Of a DNA stretch of 30,654 nt, positions 27,359 through 30,654 are shown piece by piece. This DNA is from an uncultured Chloroflexia bacterium. GTDB lineage: Bacteria; Chloroflexota; Limnocylindria; Limnocylindrales; CSP1-4. Positions within the stretch are counted from its first letter, which is position 1, and each line of letters opens with the position of its first letter. The stretch covers positions 1 to 30,654 of the forward strand of contig CAVVYR010000012.1 of NCBI GenBank assembly GCA_963752475.1, read 5' to 3'. A model generated the notes under the pieces. It made no database searches and had not been told where the DNA came from. It saw only the letters and a program-made list of their open reading frames with translations. A program made the position numbers and the translations under genes.

Positions 27359-28422
27359 CGACGCTCGCGGATGTCGCTCGCCGTGCCGGCGTCTCCGTGT
27401 CCACGGCATCGTATGTGGTCTCGGGAGCTCGTCCGGTCGGCGAGCAGACACGCCAACGCGTCCTCGATGCTATCGCGGAGACGGGATACACGCCCGATAC
27501 CGTCGCTCGATCCCTCAGGAGTCATCGATCCGAGGCGATCGGCTTGGTCTTGCCCGACATCCGCAACCCGTTCTTCGCCAACGTGATCGACGGTGTCGAG
27601 ACCGAGGCCAGAGCTCAGAGGCAGACGCTCCTCTTCGTCAACTCCGCGGAGGATCCCGACCTCGAGGTCGATGCCCTGCGCCAGCTCCGCTCGCGCCGCG
27701 TCGACGGCCTGATCGTCGGTCTCACGCGCGATATGCCACCGCAGGCCCTCGAGGGACTCCAGACCGCCAAGGTGCCGGTCGTCCTGGTCGACCGCGCCGG
27801 TCCCCCCGGGTTCGACCAGGTGCTCGTCGCCAACGACATCGCCACCATGGTGCTGGTCGACCATTTGCTCGAGGCCGGCCACCAGCGTATCGGGATGATC
27901 GCCGGCGTGCGCGGGATTTCCACAGCCGAGGACCGAATCACTGGTTTCCTCGCTGCGCTTGACCGCGCCGGGCTATCTCCGGACGACTCGATCATCATCG
28001 ACGGCGGCTCCAGGCGTGAGCTGGCTCGCGTGGCCGTCAGCGAGGCCCTGCGCTCCGGGCAGCGGTTCGACGCGCTCGTGGTCGGCAACAACGAGATGAC
28101 CCTGGGCACGCTGGAGGCCATCTCGCTGCTGGGACTGCGCATCCCCGACGACATCGCCGTTGTGTCCGTCGACGACCTTCCCACCGGGAGTCTCCTGGCG
28201 TCGCCGCTCACGGCCGTCGTCCAGCCCAGCTTCGCCGTAGGACGTGAAGCGATGCGGCTGCTGCTCCGTCGTGTCCAGGCGCCCGACGCTCCCGCCCAGC
28301 ACATCCGTCTGCGGGCCGGCTTCGTCCATCGACGATCGTGTGGCTGCCCGTTCTCCAACCCCCGGGAAGCTGAGCGCCAAGCCTCCCCGGACGCGGTCAT
28401 GACCGTGGGGCGACCCCGATGA
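27355..28422 (+). CDS. LacI-family transcriptional regulator
   Basis: TLADVARRAGVSVSTASYV HTH, ARSLR hinge, IGLVLPDIRNPFF, RVDGLI, PLTAVVQP and RRSCGC. Confidence 0.95.
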   Translation: MTTLADVARRAGVSVSTASYVVSGARPVGEQTRQRVLDAIAETGYTPDTVARSLRSHRSEAIGLVLPDIRNPFFANVIDGVETEARAQRQTLLFVNSAEDPDLEVDALRQLRSRRVDGLIVGLTRDMPPQALEGLQTAKVPVVLVDRAGPPGFDQVLVANDIATMVLVDHLLEAGHQRIGMIAGVRGISTAEDRITGFLAALDRAGLSPDDSIIIDGGSRRELARVAVSEALRSGQRFDALVVGNNEMTLGTLEAISLLGLRIPDDIAVVSVDDLPTGSLLASPLTAVVQPSFAVGREAMRLLLRRVQAPDAPAQHIRLRAGFVHRRSCGCPFSNPREAERQASPDAVMTVGRPR

Positions 28423-29388
28423 GCGCCCCTGGCCCGCGCCGGCCTCGCTACCGCGATCTTCCTCCGGCGACCGATCGACGTCCGGCGGGCTCATCATGGG
28501 GTCTGTTCGGTGAGACGGACGAGATCGGCACGCTCAACCTGATCGACTCCGGACGCGATCCGGAGGGCTGCCTCGCTCGTGCAGTGGGGGACGATGTTCC
28601 CGCTCGACTGGCGGGCCGACTTGCCGTCTCCGCCCCTCCTCGGTCGCGGTGCCGCCCGCCGGGTCGAGAAGGATCTGGAGCCCGGCACGGACGACTACTA
28701 CGACAACTACTATCCGCAAGCCTCGAGCCAGTGGGACGCCCTGCGTCATGTCGGCCATGCGACGTACGGCTACTACAACGGGATCGAGCTGGACGATCGG
28801 CGGGACCTAGGCCAGTCTCACCTGGGTATCGATCGCTGGGCCGAGCACGGGATCGCCGGCCGTTTCGTGCTGATCGATATCGGGCGCGTTCGCGATCGGT
28901 GCGGCGACCCGATTCCGCAGGACCAACCGATCGCCGTGACGGCTGCGGAGCTTGACGAGGCCCTCGTGAACCAACAGGTAGCGCTCGAGCACGGCGACAT
29001 CCTCCTGCTGCGTTTCGGCTGGATCGCCTGGTACGAGCTGCTGAGTGACGGGCAACGGGAGCGGCTGGCGACCGCTGGGATGTTCCCGGCTCCGGGCCTG
29101 GCGGCGGCCGAACGGACCGCCGAGTGGCTGTGGGATCACGGCGTCGCGGCCGTGGCGAGCGATACGCCGGCACTCGAGGCGATGCCCTTCGACCGCTCGT
29201 CGATCGACGGGTTCTTGCACTACCGCCTGGTCACGTTCCTGGGGATGGCCATCGGCGAGCTCTTCGACCTGGAGCGGCTGGCTGAGGACTGTGACGCCAA
29301 CCGCGTGTACGAAGGGCTGTTCACCTCAGCGCCGATGCACTACCCCGGGGGCTCCGGTTCCCCGGCGAACGCGCTGGCGATCAAGTAG
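28419..29388 (+). pseudogene. Cyclase-family (kynurenine formamidase-like) metal hydrolase with one +1 frameshift (possibly a sequencing error)
   Basis: SSWGLFGETDEIGTLNLI, a frameshift near 28548, then IRRAASLV..G, QASSQWDALRH, GIAGRFVLID, GDILLLRFGW, AVASDTPALE, IGELFDL and GSPANALAI. Confidence 0.85.
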
Positions 29389-29861
29389 TCGTCGAGGGGG
29401 TATCGGAGCGTCGAGGTCGTCCAAGCTCCGACCGAGCGCGACACGCCGGAGCTGGTCCACCCGGCGCCAAGGTGATGTTGGGATTGCGAAGGTGCTTTCG
29501 CTCCTCGTTCATCCCCAGGTCGCAACGAATCCGGATGGGCCAATGGAGGCGGACTTCGTGTTCTATGCCCGAGGGGTCTCTGATCTCAGTCGATTCCGGC
29601 CGGCACTGCACGCTATCACCCGATGACTCAGTGCTGTTGAACCCGAACACTCGTACCAGTCCCACGTTCCGGTCCTCCGCTGATGCCGAACTTGCCAAGG
29701 CCACTTCTATGCAGGTGCTCTCGCGGGAAGTATCCGAATCGGGTCATCCGTGGGGCATCTCGTTCGTGCAGGGGATCTTGAACATGGTGTCCGACAGCGA
29801 AGGATCTACGACGCGCCTGGGGGTAACCGGGTGCCTCTCGACGAGGCCAAGATGACGCACC

Positions 29862-30045
29862 AGCATCGAGGACGTGGAGGCCGCGACTGCGCGCTGGGTC
29901 CACTGGTGGAACACCGGGCGGCTCCACTCGGCCTGCGGCGACATCCCACCCGCCGAGTCCGAGGCCGCATACTGGGCCGATCAGCCGGTGGCCACAGCCG
30001 CCTGAACCCTATCGTCCGAGTCTCCACGAAACCCAGGGCGCTTCA
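29862..30045 (+). mobile_element. IS3-family remnant: OrfB C-terminus and right inverted repeat
   Basis: Translates SIEDVEAATARWVHWWNTGRLHSACGDIPPAESEAAYW...* (stop at 30003-30005). The end GAGTCTCCACGAAACCCAGGGCGCTTCA (30018-30045) has the terminal CA. Confidence 0.88.
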
Positions 30046-30654
30046 CAGAGCGGATCTACACCATCCTGGTCTCGCTGCTGTCGACGAGCGCCTCATCGTC
30101 TTCAGCCGGAGGGAGGGTGTCCTTCCACTTGATGTCAATCACCACCGGCGACCTATCCTCGGACGGCCCGACGAAGACATCCGGAAGCATATGGGTCGTC
30201 TTCAGAGGCGTGTATCCATCGCGGCCGGCTTCAAGACCTGGAGCTTCCAGGTGGGTTTCGGTGCTGCAGTACTCACGTGATCTAGCAGGCCACGGAAGAA
30301 CGCGCGCTCGTAGAGGTCGTTCATATCCAGGGCGACAGTCATCTGGTGCTCGACTACGAGGTCGACGGTGTCGCCTGGCAGGACTCTGCCCTTGATGGAG
30401 GACACGGCCATCTCCGCTCCCATCCCTGAGCGGGTCGCCGTGATCGCGGCTCGGAACGGCTACACGGGGGAGCCATCGATCGAGACACTGACGGTTGGAC
30501 CGAGGGAGCCCGTCGAGCAGTGGACATGGGCGTGTCCGACCGGTGTCGAGGTCGAGCTGCTCACCGACGCCGCAGGGGGACACTACTGGCCCACGGAGTC
30601 GAATGCCGGCATCGACGGGACGAAGCTCGCGTGCGAGTTCTTCGAGCAGCACAG
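30046..30654 (-). pseudogene. McrC-like PD-(D/E)xK restriction nuclease fragment, frameshifted and 3'-truncated (5' part outside the window)
   Basis: Joining frames gives ...ALDMNDLYERAF...HMLPDVFV...PVVIDIKWK, matching the McrC pattern DMN.LFE / PD / D.K(W/Y)K. Frameshifts near 30424 and 30220, a stop at 30056-30058, and the IS3 end at 30045. Confidence 0.55.

Noticed and set aside
29389-29861. Apparently lower-GC stretch with short ORFs before the IS3 remnant, ending CCAAGATGACGCAC
   Set aside because: Could be foreign gene or IS debris, but I cannot assign a family.
1-30654. tRNA, rRNA, CRISPR arrays, riboswitches, integrase or att sites
   Set aside because: None recognised by eye. A covariance-model search would be needed to exclude small RNAs.

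Overview
A GC-rich bacterial accessory region of about 29 kb, lying between an IS30-family end on the left and an IS3-family right end on the right, which truncates an McrC-like nuclease gene. The core is a sugar/cyclitol/sugar-acid catabolic island. It carries iolB- and iolC-like genes, a LacD-type aldolase and an SDR. A CUT1 ABC importer is co-transcribed with an enolase-superfamily dehydratase, a DHDPS-like aldolase and a Gfo/Idh/MocA dehydrogenase. Divergent from these are a 2-oxoacid/acetoin dehydrogenase-like E2-E1alpha-E1beta cluster and an FGGY kinase. Further genes encode a HAD hydrolase, an alpha/beta hydrolase, a ROK kinase, a second Gfo/Idh/MocA enzyme, a CaiB CoA-transferase, a two-subunit family I CoA-transferase-fold enzyme, a 2-hydroxyacid dehydrogenase, a TIM-barrel epimerase, a LacI regulator and a cyclase. 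Main points of interest: (1) the CoA-transferase beta subunit has Trp where the catalytic Glu is expected, so it may be repurposed like IpdAB or AibAB; (2) a tandem 12+12 bp LacI-like operator recurs in three promoter regions and ties the modules into one putative regulon; (3) the iol pathway is incomplete (no iolD, iolA or iolJ in the window) and sits next to possible substitutes; (4) two IS630 right ends lie back to back; (5) several genes are deletion remnants, and three otherwise intact genes each carry a single +1 frameshift that may be an assembly error. All family calls come from motif recognition by eye; no searches were run.
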